A DNA stretch of 64,000 nt from an uncultured Verrucomicrobiae bacterium. Lineage in GTDB: Bacteria > Verrucomicrobiota > Verrucomicrobiia > Chthoniobacterales > JAFAMB01. Below are positions 52,811 to 62,219 of the stretch, piece by piece. A program made the position numbers and the translations under genes. The notes below the pieces were generated by a model. It saw only the letters and a list, made by a program, of their open reading frames with translations, was not told where the DNA came from and searched no databases. How positions within the stretch are numbered: position 1 is the first letter of the stretch; each line of letters starts with the position of its first letter. The stretch lies in assembly GCA_963782115.1 (NCBI GenBank), contig CAWAIK010000002.1:1-64000 (forward strand), in the 5' to 3' direction.

Positions 52811-53560
52811 CTAATCTTTACCTCCAACATATCCGGGCAACCGGGTAGCTCTTTCGAGAAACCGGGAGGCGATCATCACCGCCATATTGATAATGCCATA
52901 AAGCAGCGTCACTGCGATGAAGGCTTCGTACCAGTGGGCTGTGAACTCACCCAGCTGCTGGCTCTGACGCGACAATTCCGCCAACCCGATCGTCGATGCG
53001 ACCGCCGAGTTTTTGATCGTGTTCAAAAACTCCGAGGTCAGCGTCGGCACGATGATCCGATAGGCTACCGGCAATAGGATCAGTCGATAGACTTGCAGCA
53101 GATTCAGCCCCAGCGCTAAGCCGGCTCCTCGCTGCCCACTCCCGAGAGCATTGATGCCCGAGCGCACCTGTTCCGCCACGCGAGCCGCCGTGAATAAGCC
53201 GAGGCATAACACCCCGGTGATCAATTGCTGGAGTAACGGACTTAGACCCTGTTTGAACCATGTTCCAAGCCCCGGAACTATCTCGGGAAACACGAAATAC
53301 CAGAGGAAAAGCTGAACCAGCAGCGGAATGTTCCGGAAAATCTCGACGTAGGCGGCGGCGAGTGTTGGGAGGAATTTTCCAGGGAAAGTTCGAAGTACCC
53401 CGATGATCGAGCCCACCACAAAGGCCAGAATCCAAGCCAGGATTGACAAGAGCAGAGTCCATTCAAAGCCGACAAGCAGGAAACGAAGATAGTTACCGCT
53501 CCCATCAAAAGCCGGCTTGAAAAAGATGCTCCAATCCAACCCGGCAGCGAGTGTTACCAT
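52811..53560 (-). CDS. gltJ: glutamate/aspartate ABC transporter permease
   Basis: YVEIFRNIPLLVQLF, ARVAEQVRSGI, LTSEFLN.IKNSAVASTIG. Confidence 0.9.
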   Translation of the reverse strand: MVTLAAGLDWSIFFKPAFDGSGNYLRFLLVGFEWTLLLSILAWILAFVVGSIIGVLRTFPGKFLPTLAAAYVEIFRNIPLLVQLFLWYFVFPEIVPGLGTWFKQGLSPLLQQLITGVLCLGLFTAARVAEQVRSGINALGSGQRGAGLALGLNLLQVYRLILLPVAYRIIVPTLTSEFLNTIKNSAVASTIGLAELSRQSQQLGEFTAHWYEAFIAVTLLYGIINMAVMIASRFLERATRLPGYVGGKD

Positions 53561-53578
53561 CGGATCCCCGATTCTACT

Positions 53579-54496
53579 CTACTGAAATGCTTTGTCGTTC
53601 GGACTCTTGAAAAGCTCTTTCATGTCGTCGCTCAAAGGAAGCTCCAGATTCAAGTTCTTCGGCGGAATCGGTGATTGAAACCATTTCTGATACAGCTTCG
53701 CGGCCTCACCTGAGGTCTCGGCTTTGGCAATCGTTTCGTCGACCAGCATCTTGAATTGGTCATCACCTTTCCGCATCATCATGCCATAGGCCTCCTTGGA
53801 TTGAGGAGTTCCAACTATCACCCAATCTGCCGGCTTCCTTGCTTTCGCACGCTCTCCAGCCAATAGCGCATCATCCAACATGAAAGCCGCGGCTCGGCCG
53901 CTCTGCAAAGTAAGGAAAGATTCGCCGTGATCTTTGGCGCTGATGATATTCATCTTCATGCCCTGTTTCTCGTTCATCTCGCGGATCAAACGCTCCGAGG
54001 TTGTCCCGGCAGTTACGACAACATTCTTGCCTTTCAGATCCGGAAAATCCTGAATTCCAGAATCCTTTTTTACCAGCAACCGGGTACCGATGATAAAAAA
54101 GGTGTCCGAAAAAGCGACTTGTTGCTGGCGCTCTAGATTGTTAGTTGTCGATCCGGATTCGATGTCGATTGTCCCGTTCTGAATCAACGGAATTCGATTT
54201 TGTGAAGTAACGGGGATCAGTTTGACCTGCAGGTTCGGCATATCCAGCTTTTTCTTGACGGCGTCCACCACCATCATCACCAAGTCTTGAGAGTAGCCGA
54301 CTACCTGGTTCTTATCGTCATAATAGGAAAACGGTATCGACGATTCACGGTGCCCAACAGACATGGATCCAGCATCCTTGATCTTCTTGAGCGTCCCGTT
54401 TAAGTCTTCCGCCGCCCAGGTCCCGGAACCTCCGGAGACCAAACAGAAAGCAGCAACGGCAAACAGGTAGTTCTTAATGGCTAAAACATTTCCCAT
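53579..54496 (-). CDS. gltI: glutamate/aspartate ABC transporter substrate-binding protein
   Basis: GHRESSIPFSY, VTSQNRIPL.QNGT, GSTTNNLERQQQ, DDALLAGE, WFQSPIPPK. Confidence 0.92.
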   Translation of the reverse strand: MGNVLAIKNYLFAVAAFCLVSGGSGTWAAEDLNGTLKKIKDAGSMSVGHRESSIPFSYYDDKNQVVGYSQDLVMMVVDAVKKKLDMPNLQVKLIPVTSQNRIPLIQNGTIDIESGSTTNNLERQQQVAFSDTFFIIGTRLLVKKDSGIQDFPDLKGKNVVVTAGTTSERLIREMNEKQGMKMNIISAKDHGESFLTLQSGRAAAFMLDDALLAGERAKARKPADWVIVGTPQSKEAYGMMMRKGDDQFKMLVDETIAKAETSGEAAKLYQKWFQSPIPPKNLNLELPLSDDMKELFKSPNDKAFQ

Positions 54497-54676
54497 GGCG
54501 GATAGGAGTATATCTTCCGGGACTGGAATTTGTCCCGCAAAAAGCACTCATGGATGAGCCTTGACTAGTGAACGCCACAGCAGGCAGGGATCTGCAAAAC
54601 GTCCCCCACCGGAGCTGCACCAGAGAATTTGTTGATGATTTGGCCGCTCGCCATCGTCTTCTAAATCTGAGAGCGT

Positions 54677-55249
54677 ATGAAAGTATATTGGTCGCAGTCC
54701 TTGCTATTGTTATTATTCCTTAATGTCGGGGTCTTTTGCTCGATTGCCCAGGGCATCCGGATCGAGTCAGCTTACTATGGCGCGCCGAAGGCCATCGGCG
54801 TGGATGTTACTCGTCGCGTTCAACGGTTTGCCGACTACGGAGAACCTTTCCGTGTTGGTAATGACACGCTGAGAATCGATCCCTCTCCAAACCAGGCAAA
54901 GACTCTCGTTGTGGTCTACAATGTGAATGGCTGCCGGATTTCCGACTGCGTATCGGAAGGCGACGTATTTTACTTCAGGAACGGCGGGGAATCCGACAGC
55001 AATGTGGAGGACCAAAGACCTGCTATTCGAATCGTCAGCGCCCGGTACGGCGCGCGAGGGCGCTACGTGAATGTCACCGGACTCGTTCGCCAACTGGCTG
55101 GAGCTCGCCAGTCTTTCACGGTGTCGAATGAAACGTTTGGGGTCGACCCCTATCTAGGCCAACCGAAATCGCTGAAGATCTCCTACCTGCGTGGCAGTAC
55201 CCACCGAAACCAGCGGTACGAAGAAGGAGACCAAGTCCAACTCCAGTAG
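54677..55249 (+). CDS. secreted protein with two DUF3395/lectin-like repeats
   Basis: Signal peptide; two units I.SA.YG...(D/N)VT...V.N.T...DP....K.L...Y. Confidence 0.7.
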   Translation: MKVYWSQSLLLLLFLNVGVFCSIAQGIRIESAYYGAPKAIGVDVTRRVQRFADYGEPFRVGNDTLRIDPSPNQAKTLVVVYNVNGCRISDCVSEGDVFYFRNGGESDSNVEDQRPAIRIVSARYGARGRYVNVTGLVRQLAGARQSFTVSNETFGVDPYLGQPKSLKISYLRGSTHRNQRYEEGDQVQLQ

Positions 55250-55295
55250 CCGCAGCCGTCTTCGATGGAAACCCAATTCCTGGTCGGCCTATCCG

Positions 55296-56114
55296 CTACT
55301 GCCTCTTCGCGAAAGCCTCTTCGCGTTTACGGCGTTCGATGACAAACGTGTTGTTGTCGCCGTAAAGCGCCCATGGACCAGGAGGGACTTCCTGAAAATC
55401 AACAAAGTGCCAATCCGTCAGATCGGTGTTCCCCAAATTCAAATAATCCCGGATCGCAGGCGAGACGTCGAGGCCGGCTCCACGATTTAAGTTTGGGCGC
55501 GGCCGGTCGCTGCCGAAAACATACTCCCAATGATCGCTGCGAAATGGGCCGACATCTTCCCATTGGGCGTAACAGGTCCGATTTCCTTTTCGGATGGCCA
55601 CCCACCGCCCTTTCAGAACCGTTTGACCGGATTTTTCAAACGCTTCCCGGAACCAGGGGATTATCTTATACGACTCGGCTTTCGTGCGACCCCCGCTCAC
55701 GTCATTAAAAGGAAGAGCCAGGTAGAAAGGATTTTGACGGGGAACGAACCTTGCCGGGATGAAGCCCTTTCGTTCGCCCGTTTCCGGGCTGTCCGATCCG
55801 CCAAAATTTCTGGCCCAGTTTCCGTCCCAGGCACTGCAACGATTCGGAACCGGATTATTCGCGGACGGCGTTTCGCCGATCCAAAAAACGGTAGTCACAA
55901 TCTGCACATGCCACGGATACTTATCTCCCGGCTCCTGTAACGGATTTGACTCTAGATCCTTCGGTTCAACTTTGAAAAGGATGCTCTCCCGGAGTTTCAT
56001 TGCGTTCTCGGTAAACCGGGCGGCACTGTCGGGCGCCGTCTGCGCGAAGAGAGCTGAAGTTCCCGTCGAGACCAAGCCGCAAATAAAAGTTAAGGACAAC
56101 CCCTTCCATATCAT
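55296..56114 (-). CDS. conserved hypothetical exported protein (DPBB-like motifs)
   Basis: IVTTVFWIGE, NPFYLALPFND, KGRWVAI, YAQWEDVGPF, GLDVSPA. Confidence 0.75.
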   Translation of the reverse strand: MIWKGLSLTFICGLVSTGTSALFAQTAPDSAARFTENAMKLRESILFKVEPKDLESNPLQEPGDKYPWHVQIVTTVFWIGETPSANNPVPNRCSAWDGNWARNFGGSDSPETGERKGFIPARFVPRQNPFYLALPFNDVSGGRTKAESYKIIPWFREAFEKSGQTVLKGRWVAIRKGNRTCYAQWEDVGPFRSDHWEYVFGSDRPRPNLNRGAGLDVSPAIRDYLNLGNTDLTDWHFVDFQEVPPGPWALYGDNNTFVIERRKREEAFAKRQ

Positions 56115-56402
56115 AAATGATAAAATGAGTCTCCATACTAGAAGCGCTTGATAGTCCTGTCAACGGTTGAGATTGCCTCAAATCCGGCTAGGATTACTCG
56201 TCAGCGTCAGAAACCGGTCTCAGAACCACAATCTTTTGCCCTCCCATGCATTGATTTAGGTCAAAAACGGAGAAATGATATGGGGAGTAGGAGACAGAAG
56301 TCAGGAGTCAGAAGGGCGCAAGACACCGACAGTAGAAGAGGACCGCCTGGTTCATCGATGGTTCCGCGTTCGCCGACACGCCCATACGCCGCTTTGCCTC
56401 CC

Positions 56403-57095
56403 CTACCCCTCCATCGAGTCCAGCTCCAGATAGGTTCGGGAGATCACCTTGCCATTCTGTGGATCAAGCCGCTCAACCCGGATCTGTTTGAAGATCGTCT
56501 TTCCTTCGATCTGCTGTGCGGAAATCACCTCAAAGCGCTTGATCGCTTTGCCTTGCCAATTGTAGCCTTCGGCCTTGATCAGTGCCCCGCGGTCCTTTGC
56601 AATCCAGAGACGGACAGAGCCGTACTCGGCGTTGCGAGCAGAGGGTTGAACCAGAACGATGGAACAAGTGATTGTCCGCACGCGTTGTTCCCCCTCGTAT
56701 TTCGCATTCTTCCAATAGATAAAGCGTAGCGAGAGATCCTCGTACGTGATATCGGTACCGCGCACGGACTCGCTCAATCTCGAGCCGGACAGGGTCTGTT
56801 GGCCCTTGGCTTTTTCGTCGCTCAGGAGGGAGCCACTATCGGTCAGCTGCAATTTGATGGTTTCCGACGGGTTAGTGAACTTGTAATCAAACTCCGGGCC
56901 TTTGAGTTGCAGCTGGAAAGGGATCGCCTCCCCATTTTCCGGGCGCAGCCTGCCGGAAAGCGTCCGGTTTATCTGTGCCTGCGCGGAGCGTATTTGGTCA
57001 AGGATTGCATTTGCATCTTCTTGCGCGGAACTCAGATGCGGAATGAGGGAGTGCACCAGAAGAGCGATGCCGATCAATTTCTTTGCTTGTTTCAT
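56403..57095 (-). CDS. outer membrane lipoprotein-sorting (LolA-like) protein
   Basis: Signal peptide; VRGTDITYEDL..W, Y..VRLWI.K. Confidence 0.7.
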   Translation of the reverse strand: MKQAKKLIGIALLVHSLIPHLSSAQEDANAILDQIRSAQAQINRTLSGRLRPENGEAIPFQLQLKGPEFDYKFTNPSETIKLQLTDSGSLLSDEKAKGQQTLSGSRLSESVRGTDITYEDLSLRFIYWKNAKYEGEQRVRTITCSIVLVQPSARNAEYGSVRLWIAKDRGALIKAEGYNWQGKAIKRFEVISAQQIEGKTIFKQIRVERLDPQNGKVISRTYLELDSMEG

Positions 57096-57136
57096 CTATC
57101 AGGTGTTCTTAGCTTACGCAGGCTGCCGATTCTGGC

Positions 57137-57790
57137 ATGGACAAAACTCTGCTGCTTTTCATTAATCGGAAATGGACGAATCCGTTCATGGACAGGCTGA
57201 TGGCGACCTTCACCAGCTTCGACGTCTGGATGCCTGTATTACTTCTTCTGGTCCTGGTCCTGCTATGGCGCGGTAATTTCCAGGTTCGAAGCTTTGTCAT
57301 CGTGACCCTTTTAGCAATTGCTTTTACGGACGGTGTCTTCACGCAGTTCATGAAGAAACTGGTTAATCGCCCTCGCCCGAGTCAGGCACTTGCCGAGGTG
57401 CGCGAAGTGAGCCTGGAGAAGACAAAGCCCGCCATTCTCGGGGTTTGGCGGCCCGTTCAGGTGGCACTCTCCAAACCGCCAGAGGGTCCCGTAACTGGGC
57501 GATCCTTCCCCTCGGGCCACGCCATGAACAACACCATCATTGCCACCTTGGCTATCCTATTTTTTGGAAGGCTGGGCGCCCTTTACATCATTCCTGCTGG
57601 GATCGTCGCCTACTCCAGGATTTATTGCGGTTCGCACTGGCCCAGTGACGTCATTGTTTCCATCGTCCTGGGAATCGGCTTCAGCCTGATCCTTGCCAGT
57701 ATCGCTAACCTGATTTACCAACGCCTGGCGTCAAAGTGGTTTCCCAGTTTATACCGTACCCAACGTTCGCTGTTCGGCACACCACGGTAA
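57137..57790 (+). CDS. PAP2 family phosphatase
   Basis: KKLVNRPRP, SFPSGHA, SRIYCGSHWPSDV. Confidence 0.9.
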   Translation: MDKTLLLFINRKWTNPFMDRLMATFTSFDVWMPVLLLLVLVLLWRGNFQVRSFVIVTLLAIAFTDGVFTQFMKKLVNRPRPSQALAEVREVSLEKTKPAILGVWRPVQVALSKPPEGPVTGRSFPSGHAMNNTIIATLAILFFGRLGALYIIPAGIVAYSRIYCGSHWPSDVIVSIVLGIGFSLILASIANLIYQRLASKWFPSLYRTQRSLFGTPR

Positions 57791-59367
57791 TGAAACCTCA
57801 CCTTCTTCTCCTTATCGGGTTTTTGCTGCTTCTGACCGGGATCCGTTGGTGGTTCGGCGCGAATTTAGAACTCTCACCGGACGAGAGTTATCACTACCTT
57901 TGGTCGCAGCATCCCGATGTTTCCTACTACAGTAACGGACCAGGAGTTGCTTTTGCGATTCTGACGGGGACTTCGATCTTCGGTTCGACCGAATTCGGCG
58001 TGCGATTCTTGAGCCCCCTGCTGGGTTTTTGTACTTCTATCATCGTTTACCTGCTGGGACGTAAATTGTCTCGGGAAAAAGTCGCGTTCTGGTCGGTCGT
58101 GGTCCTGAATTTACTGCCTCTGTTTAATGTCGAATCGGTGCTCTTAACTTTCAATTCGTTGTCCATGTTTTTCTGGGCGGCGGCTCTGTACACGTTCTGG
58201 CTCGCAATAGAGCGCAGCCCGAGATTCTCCATTTTCTGGCCGGTCACCGGAGTTATCATTGGCCTGGGCTTCCTCTGCAAATACGAGAACGCGCTAGCAC
58301 TCGTTTCGATCCTGTTTTTTTTAATAGCCGTGCCAAAATACCGAAGTGAACTGAGACGGCCCAATTTTTATATTCTTCTCCTTTGTTTCGTGCCGTTTCT
58401 GGCCCCGCCTATCCTTTGGAATCTTCGGCACGACTGGCTCGGGTTGGAGCAACTATCTAACCAGGCAATTGTCAATGCGCTGTTTACGATCCGGCTCTCC
58501 CACTTGAGTGAATCCTTCGGCGCACAACTCGCACTTTATTCGCCCTTGCTCCTGATCTGCTTACTGATCGCGTTGTTCGGTTCGATCAGAAAGGCGTTTC
58601 AGAACCGTAAAATCTGTTTACTCCTGAGCTTCACTTGGCCCCTTCTCCTCGTTTACCTGATCATGGCTTTGCACCAGGTCGGCGATCCGGGTTGGACCGC
58701 GCCCGCTTTCATTGGGCTTGGGATACTGGCAACTCACTATTGGCTGCAGGCTGCAAACCAAAGAACCGTCTTTCGGGGCCTTTGTATCGCCGCACTTATA
58801 TTGAGCGGTCTGCAAGCATCGCTCGCCATGAACACCAATTTGGTGCGCACGATCGGTATTTCGCTCCCCTTTGCTCTCGATCCAAGCTCAAAATTGCATG
58901 GGTGGAAAACGATCGCGGAGGCCATCGACAAATTTCGGGCCGATTTCGAAAACAAACTTGGAACCAAGGTATTCATGATCGGCAACGAATATCAGACCTC
59001 GTCGATGCTGTCCTTTTACCTGAAGGACAAACGCAGCGAGGGACCGGGTCACCCTCCCGTCTATATCCCTGAATCACAGGACATCCAGAACGAGTTCTCT
59101 TTCTGGCCTCGGTATGATGAGTTTGTGGAGGCCGATCCCTCCGTGAAACGTGATACGACTTTTACCGAGGAAGCCGGCGTTAATCTATTTATCGATCGGA
59201 CAGCTCTCTACATCACCGATCGACCCGAAGCGAATCCGCCGCAAAATCTCCAGAGTGCATTTACCCGATGTCAGCTTCTCGCCGTGTACGAATTGGAGCG
59301 GAATGGTCTTCCACTTCGCCAGGTGCGAATATTTGCGTGCTATCAATACCAGACTCTGCCGTTGTGA
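57790..59367 (+). CDS. ArnT/PMT-like (GT39/GT83) membrane glycosyltransferase
   Basis: LSPDESY..WSQH....Y...PG, EFGVR, GLGFLCKY; many TM helices. Confidence 0.85.
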   Translation: MKPHLLLLIGFLLLLTGIRWWFGANLELSPDESYHYLWSQHPDVSYYSNGPGVAFAILTGTSIFGSTEFGVRFLSPLLGFCTSIIVYLLGRKLSREKVAFWSVVVLNLLPLFNVESVLLTFNSLSMFFWAAALYTFWLAIERSPRFSIFWPVTGVIIGLGFLCKYENALALVSILFFLIAVPKYRSELRRPNFYILLLCFVPFLAPPILWNLRHDWLGLEQLSNQAIVNALFTIRLSHLSESFGAQLALYSPLLLICLLIALFGSIRKAFQNRKICLLLSFTWPLLLVYLIMALHQVGDPGWTAPAFIGLGILATHYWLQAANQRTVFRGLCIAALILSGLQASLAMNTNLVRTIGISLPFALDPSSKLHGWKTIAEAIDKFRADFENKLGTKVFMIGNEYQTSSMLSFYLKDKRSEGPGHPPVYIPESQDIQNEFSFWPRYDEFVEADPSVKRDTTFTEEAGVNLFIDRTALYITDRPEANPPQNLQSAFTRCQLLAVYELERNGLPLRQVRIFACYQYQTLPL

Positions 59368-60077
59368 TGACGCCCCAGGTTTCGGTAATTATCCCAGTCT
59401 GGAACGAGGAAGGCAACGTCGCTCAGTTGCAGACGGAATTGGAATTGGCGCTCAAAGATACTGAGCATGAACTCATTTTCGTGGATGATGGTTCGCGCGA
59501 CCGGACCATCGACCAGATCAAACGCACCCCGGGTGTGCGCGTCCTTGAATTCGAGAAGAATGCCGGCCAAAGCGCAGCGATCTACGCGGGCCTGGCTGCC
59601 GCGAACGGAAAGATCCTGGTTCTGATTGACGGCGATTTGCAAAACGATCCCAGCGATATTCCCCGGCTGTTAGCGGAGATCAATCAAGGTGCTGACCTGG
59701 TCTGCGGTTACCGCTTGAAACGGCAGGACATTTGGTTCAAGCGTGTCCAAAGCCGGATCGCCAACGGGGTGCGGAGCCGATTCACCAAGGATGGCGTCCG
59801 CGACACAGGGTGCACGCTCAAAGCCATGCGGCGAGAATGCCGCGAAGCGTTGATCCCGTTCCATGGCATGCACCGTTTTATCCCTGCTCTAATCAAAGGA
59901 CTCGGCTACAAGATCACCGAAATCCCCGTAAATCATCGGCCGCGTCAATATGGCTCCAGCAAATACAGTTTCGGGGATCGTGCGCTTCGTGCCACCATCG
60001 ACATGTTTGGCGTTCGCTGGTTGCTGGGCCGCCAGTTCAAAATCGCGATAAAAGCAGACCGCAATATCGATAAATGA
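59367..60077 (+). CDS. GT2 polyprenol-phosphate glycosyltransferase (ArnC/DPM-like)
   Basis: SVIIPVWNEEGN, VDDGSRD, NAGQSAA, DGDLQNDP, DTGCTLK, MHRFIPAL, HRPR..G.SKY. Confidence 0.9.
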   Translation: MTPQVSVIIPVWNEEGNVAQLQTELELALKDTEHELIFVDDGSRDRTIDQIKRTPGVRVLEFEKNAGQSAAIYAGLAAANGKILVLIDGDLQNDPSDIPRLLAEINQGADLVCGYRLKRQDIWFKRVQSRIANGVRSRFTKDGVRDTGCTLKAMRRECREALIPFHGMHRFIPALIKGLGYKITEIPVNHRPRQYGSSKYSFGDRALRATIDMFGVRWLLGRQFKIAIKADRNIDK

Positions 60078-60575
60078 ACCTATCGGCGAGTTATAGGCGC
60101 AGCATCCCGCTTTGCTTCCTGAAAACCGGGCGAGCGGGGGCGCTTCGCTTCTATCTCGCCGACAGTGCCGTTCAGACCTCACTAAATTCCGATCTGAGGG
60201 TAAGAATCAGACGCAGATTTAATTCCTGGAAAACTGGCTTCACAGCGCCCCCGGACGGTGGTTCGAGGGGGGCGCCGGAAGCTTCAATCACTCCTGGCGA
60301 TGGAGAGCCGCAGCTCGCTGCGGCTGGCCAGACGCAACCTGAATCGTCGCCCGCGAGAGAATTAACCGAAGGAGCGTGCTGTTTCTTATATCCAAACCGA
60401 GAACTCAGTTTCTCGAAGTTGGGGCACCGGTTTTAATTTCCACTGCGTTTATTGCGGCGTGATCAGGTCCGCGCTTCTCGGCTGGTGGCAGTAGGGGATC
60501 GAGAACGAGCACGAGAACGATGGAGGCGGGGGGCTCGAAAGACATCGAGAACGACGACTAGGACGATTGGGAAAG

Positions 60576-60746
60576 TTAGTCCTCGCGGATGGGCGGTTCA
60601 TCCCTGTCGAAGCGATCGATCAGGCGGGTGAGCATCGCTACGATGCGCGCGAGCATTTCTTTGCCGGGCCGAGTGCGGTCAGCTGAGACCAAAGATCTGG
60701 CGACCGACGCGTCAGGGCAGGCGGCGCACTTATGATTTTCGTTCAT
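60576..60746 (-). pseudogene. internally deleted four-helix-bundle copy
   Basis: MNENHK|CAACPDASVARSLVSADRTRPGKEMLARIVAMLTRLIDRFDRDEPPIRED*. Confidence 0.75.
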
Positions 60747-61365
60747 TGCTTCGCTTCCCGAATCGTGCTCGTTCTTCGTCGTGCTCGTTATCGAGCTTTG
60801 ACCGTTGCTGGTAAAAAGGGGTTCGCTGTGGGAGAACAGACGTGAACGAAGGCAGCGACGCGTGCTTTTGCTTTTGCTGATATCCAGTGAACTCGAGCAC
60901 GATAATGACCACAAGCACGATTGAAGGGTGGCACGATAATCTTGCTCTGCGCTGAGTGGATGGCGGGCGTGATGGCAGGGGACGCGGCACACGGGAGTGG
61001 ACAGGTCCGCGCTTCTCGGCTGGTGGCGGTAGGGGATCGAGAACGAGCACGACGACGAGCACGAGCACGAGAACGATGGAGGCGTAGGTGAAAAGCGGGT
61101 CGCTGTGGGAGAACAGACGTGAACGAAGGCAGCGACGCGTGCTTTTGCTGATATCCAGTGAACTCGAGCACGATTGAAGGGGGCACGATAATCTTGCTCT
61201 GCGCTTGAGTGGATGGCGGCGTGATGGCAGGGGACGCGAATCGGACAGGTCCGCGCTTCTGGGCTGGTGGCAGTAGGGGATCGAGAACGAGCACGAGAAC
61301 GATGGAGGCGAGGGGGGCTCGAAAAACTTCGAGAACGAGAACGACGACTAGGACGATTGGGAAAG

Positions 61366-61748
61366 TTAGTCCTTGCGGATGGGCGGTTCATCCCTGTCGA
61401 AGCGGTCGATCAGGCGGGTGAGCATCGCTACGATGCGCGCGAGCATTTTTTACCGGGCCGAGTGCGGTCAGCTGAGACCAAAGATCTGGCGACCGACGCG
61501 TCAAGGCAGGCGGCGCACTCAAAAGCCGAGCCACGGGCGTCGTCAAAAAATTTGGCGCGGTGGCGGCCGTGACGTTTACCGTTTCCCTCGGCCGTGTTGA
61601 GAAGCATGGAAAGGCTTGCACGGTCAAGTTGTTCAACCAACTCGCGTCGATGTTGCCCCTTCGATCCGGAGACATCCGACAAAAAGTCGCCGATCCAAGC
61701 GGTAAAATGGAGCTCGACACAATAAACAATTCGATCGATCTCATCCAT
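61366..61748 (-). pseudogene. four helix bundle protein (23S rRNA IVP/Avd-like), 1-nt frameshift near 61447
   Basis: EQLDRASLSMLLNTAEGNGKR....RAKFFDDARGSAFECAACLD..LARIVAMLTRL. Confidence 0.85.
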
Positions 61749-62067
61749 TGCTACAGTCCCCGAATCGTTCTCGTTCTCGTCGTCGTGCTCGTTATCGAGC
61801 TTTGACCGTTGCTGGTCAAAAGCGGGTCGCTCTGGGAGAACGGACGTGAACGAGGGCAATGACGGGTGCATTTGCTGACATCCTGGGAATCGATAACGAG
61901 CACGAGCGCGATAACGAGCACGATTGGAAGGACACGTGATAATCTTGCTTTGCGCCTGAGCTTGGTGGGCGTGATGGCAGGGGACGCGGATTGGACAGGT
62001 CCGCGTTTCGGGGCTGGTGGCGGTAGGGGATCGAGAACGGTAACGAGCACGAGGACGATCGGGAAAG

Positions 62068-62160
62068 TTAGTCCTTGCGGATGGGCGGTTCATCCCTGTA
62101 GAAGCGGGCGATCAGGCGGGTGAGCATTGCTACGATGCGCGCTTGCATTTCTTTGCCGGC
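62068..62160 (-). pseudogene. 3' tail-only four-helix-bundle copy
   Basis: AGKEMQARIVAMLTRLIARFYRDEPPIRKD*. Confidence 0.7.
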
Positions 62161-62219
62161 TTCGCTCCCCGAATCGTTCTCGTTCTCGTCGTCGTGCTCG
62201 TTATCGAGCTTTGACGCCG

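Larger units (their letters stand above)
60457..62216. repeat. modular repeat array around four-helix-bundle gene copies
   Basis: Module CAGGTCCGCG..GCTGGTGGC.GTAGGGGATCGAGAAC at 60464, 61002, 61246, 61996; module TCGCT.TGGGAGAAC.GACGTGAACGA..GATAATCTTGCT at ~60820, 61095, 61822; module CCCGAATCGT..GTTATCGAGCTTTGAC at ~60758, 61758, 62167. Confidence 0.9.

Noticed and set aside
60457..62216. CRISPR array or DGR
   Set aside because: Repeats are long, irregularly spaced and lack unique equal-length spacers. There are no cas or reverse transcriptase genes, and differences between copies are not adenine-specific as far as inspected.
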